DNA of 64,000 nucleotides, from the NCBI GenBank assembly GCA_030141605.1, contig JAQGDQ010000312.1, forward strand, positions 215,272 through 279,271, in the 5' to 3' direction. Within the stretch, counting starts at the first letter, position 1, and every line of letters begins with the position of its first letter. Source of the DNA: Tubiluchus corallicola (Eukaryota > Animalia > Priapulida). This document shows positions 61,201 through 64,000 of this stretch, piece by piece. The position numbers and the translations under genes are program-made. The notes under the pieces are model-generated. The model ran no database searches. It was not told the origin of the DNA and worked only from the letters and a program-made list of their open reading frames with translations.

Positions 61201-63509
61201 ATGTTAACAGTTCTTACATCCTCGATGGAAGGTTTATGACTGCTATCTTCACAAGATTCTAACTGCCAGAATCGCTCTACTTGTTGCTCCAGTGTTACAG
61301 GCTGCAAAGTGCTAAGGTTACAACTGATATGCTCGACTCCAGTTGGTCAAAGTGGTCCATTTAGGGTCCAACCCAAAACACTGAGTGATGCCCAAGGAGC
61401 ATGTTTAGGTCCTTTTCTTATTTCAATTGGAACGAGAGCTTCAGGCACGTCTTGCCTATGAGAAGGCCAAGTTCCAGAGACTGAGATCTGTCCTGGGCAA
61501 CATAGAAGTCAATGCCTTGTAAGTGTGACCAAGAGCTCAAGTTCTCATAAACAGGTAAATGCTCCATCTCTAACATAAGGGATGGTCTTGTAAAGACAAG
61601 AGGGAGATCTATGGTGACATTGTATTTTGGATCAGACACTTGTAGTTTAGTGACTTTACTCTTCTTCTGGCTCTGTTTAGCATCAAGCGTAGTCAAAATT
61701 AGTGTTTCTTCTCTGCCCTGAGCACCTAACTTTTCATATATTTGGCTAGAGCAGAATGTAGTTGTCGAACCAGGGTCAAGAAGTGCTAGCGTCTTTAATG
61801 GTTTACCACCTGGTATGTTAACAAATACTGGCAAGATAGGCAAAGCTACATTGCACTTAGAAGGCTCATGCGTCTTCTTTATGTAACCACTTTGGCAATT
61901 GTGCTCATTATCTTCTTCTTTTAGTTTCTCGTTATCTTCTTTCTTGTTCTTCTTTTCTTTTTCTTCTCCACTATACGGCGTGCTGTTGGGTTTGTGTCTA
62001 GCAGCAATAGTGATAATATTTCCTCTCGTATTCTGAGCATGCAAGAAAGTGGAATGTTTTCTCTTACAAACATCACAGCAATTGGCTGGCCTACATGATG
62101 CACTATTGTGGTTAGGCTACAGGCAATTAAAACATAGTTTGTGTTGCTTGGCTACCTCTAGCCTTAAAGGTACAGTTAGCCTCTTGAACTTGAAGCATTT
62201 CTGAAGCCGATGTGCTTCAGAACACAGGGTACATGAAAGTGAAGTGAAGATGTCTGGAATTCTCCCAGAAGATTTAATATTATGAACCTCTTTCCTCCAG
62301 TGAGAATGAATGCCAATGGGCAATTTGTCAACGATTTGTACGAGATTTCCTTGAGCATTAATCTCTGACAAATAACCTAAACTTGACAGAGTTTCATAAC
62401 AAGCACGCAACAAGGCTGCATATTCCTGTAATGTCTGATATTCCGCAGCCTAAATGGGTTTGAAATCCGAAATCTGTTTGATCCATGCTTGAGTGATATT
62501 AAATTCATTTCCAAACCGCTCCTTTAGCATGCGCTTTGCTTTTGTGTAACCTACAACGGGGTCCATTGTCACACAGCAGTCAATATAACGTTTTACTTTG
62601 TCACCGCAAAACTGAAGAAGGAGTGTTAATCTGGCAATGTTGTCAGTTGTGTAATTCTCAACCGTTGTTTCAAACTGTTTAATGAAGCGACAATACTGCA
62701 GTGGGCTGCCATCGAATTTCTCTATCTCGATACCAGGCAATGGACAACCATAAAACTGGTAAGGGGGTTGTACTGCTGGCAGAGGACTCCCTTTGATTTC
62801 AGGTTGCTTGACACGTAAAGGTGCCTGAAAGGAACTGCTTCCTGGTTGCTCTGCCTGAAAGGAACTGCTTCCTGGTTGCTCTGGCTGAAAGGAACTGCTT
62901 CCTGGTTGCTCTGCCTGCAAGGAACTGCATCCTGGTTGCTCTTGGCAATAATTTGCTACCCAGTCTCTCATTTGTTCTCCTATGTCAACAAAGGAGACGA
63001 CCTCGGAAGAACGTGGACTACCAGCTTCAAACTGAGCAAAGACAGTTGCCTCAGCGTCTGCTTGCTTAATTTCAGTAGCTATCTTCAACTGTTCTTGTTG
63101 CAAAACTAACTTTTGCTTTTCTTGTTCGAGCTGCATTTCATTTAACTGCAATTTTGCCTTTTTCTGCAAGTGCTTGTTGCTTAATCATAAGAACAGCCTT
63201 TTTCGCTTTAGCTGACATTCTTTGTGCTGTTGCCGAAGCAGTGGTTGATTTTGAACTACGTGAATGAGGAGACTTGTGACTTTTGTGCGTTCTGTGGCTT
63301 CTTAGCTCGCCTAAGCTTTCCTCTTTGTCCCCACTGTCAGGTATAGCGGTAGGTGTAAGTTGCGTTTCATCTTCAGCTGAGCTAGAAGCTGTGCCTTCGC
63401 TCTGCAACAGTCTATCAATTAATTCCTGCTTCCGACCGCTAACAGGTAAACACTTGTCCTTAAGCATTCGCTGTAACTGAGGGACAGTTTTCTTACCTAA
63501 ATCAGACAT
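58270..63509 (-). pseudogene. BEL/Pao gag-pol polyprotein with frameshifts, stops and internal deletions
   Basis: Track ORFs 63138-63509, 62450-63169, 62117-62413, 61418-62044, 60849-61307, 58810-60891 and 58374-58784 tile the polyprotein. Confidence 0.92.
62822..62942. repeat. 30-bp tandem repeat x4 within gag (EQPGSSSFQA)
   Basis: GGAACTGCTTCCTGGTTGCTCTGCCTGAAA repeated. Confidence 0.93.
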
Positions 63510-64000
63510 GCTTCAAAATACAGCAAAGTACAATTCAGTAAAATAATACAAGTAGCTAAGTAGATAAACTAGTGAAATAGGCATAAAAATCCATGTAGTC
63601 AAATAGCAACGATAACGTATGGTCTAATTCTTTATGCACTGCACTGTACTACTAGTATTTAGGCAATTAGGTAAACTGTACAACGAATCAAAGCATTATC
63701 TGACAGTGCAGAAATTCACGTTATTCACTACACTAACATGTGGAAATAATACCAAGTCGAAAATAAAATGTAATCTTAATTGGTATGGCTGTGAATATTT
63801 CAAAACTTCAGTACTATTAAACCCTCAATACTTCAGTACTAAACAGCCCAAGCAAATCTTACAAGTCTTAATGGCATAATAACTTTATGCGCAAAATTAA
63901 CGCAATAATTTTATGCAGTAGGTTAGTATTTCAGGTCAGTTCACCATACTGATACAGTTCTTAAAAGTCTTGGCAATAGATAATTCACATAATACAGGCC

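Larger units (their letters stand above)
58053..64000 (-). mobile_element. Decayed BEL/Pao LTR retrotransposon (5' LTR not identified in the window)
   Basis: Order gag-PR-RT-RNaseH-IN: KFDGSPLQY, CTLC..H..C, CFNCL, ALLDPGS, WYLPH..RVVFDC, FYVDD, LHHFSDAS, LPRLEL, NPANDASRG, HxxxGH..CxxC, GVDCFG, SDQGTNF, LTPNHLL; polypurine tract at 58206-58214. Confidence 0.93.

Overview
AT-rich, repeat-dense animal genomic DNA. The 5S-derived sequence resembles mollusc/annelid 5S rRNA, so a lophotrochozoan invertebrate is inferred. Host genes: (i) a head-to-tail array of intronless trypsin-family (S1A) serine protease units on the minus strand (1-3571), with one complete gene and at least two 5'-truncated copies sharing one breakpoint; (ii) a five-exon, apparently disabled EXTL2-like (GT64) glycosyltransferase gene on the plus strand (~46.9-53.6 kb) that the ORF track largely misses. 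The rest is transposon and satellite DNA: a decayed CR1-group LINE split by a nearly intact RTE LINE (10-bp TSD), a 5S rRNA-headed SINE with TSD, a hammerhead-ribozyme-bearing inverted-repeat element enclosing an 81-bp minisatellite, hAT and Harbinger-like MITEs, a Sola3-like long-TIR element, a decayed BEL/Pao LTR retrotransposon whose Gag begins with a SAP domain, a local family of inverted dispersed repeats, and many micro/minisatellites. Most short ORFs in the track are spurious or read through simple repeats. Family assignments are by motif recognition only; no searches were run.
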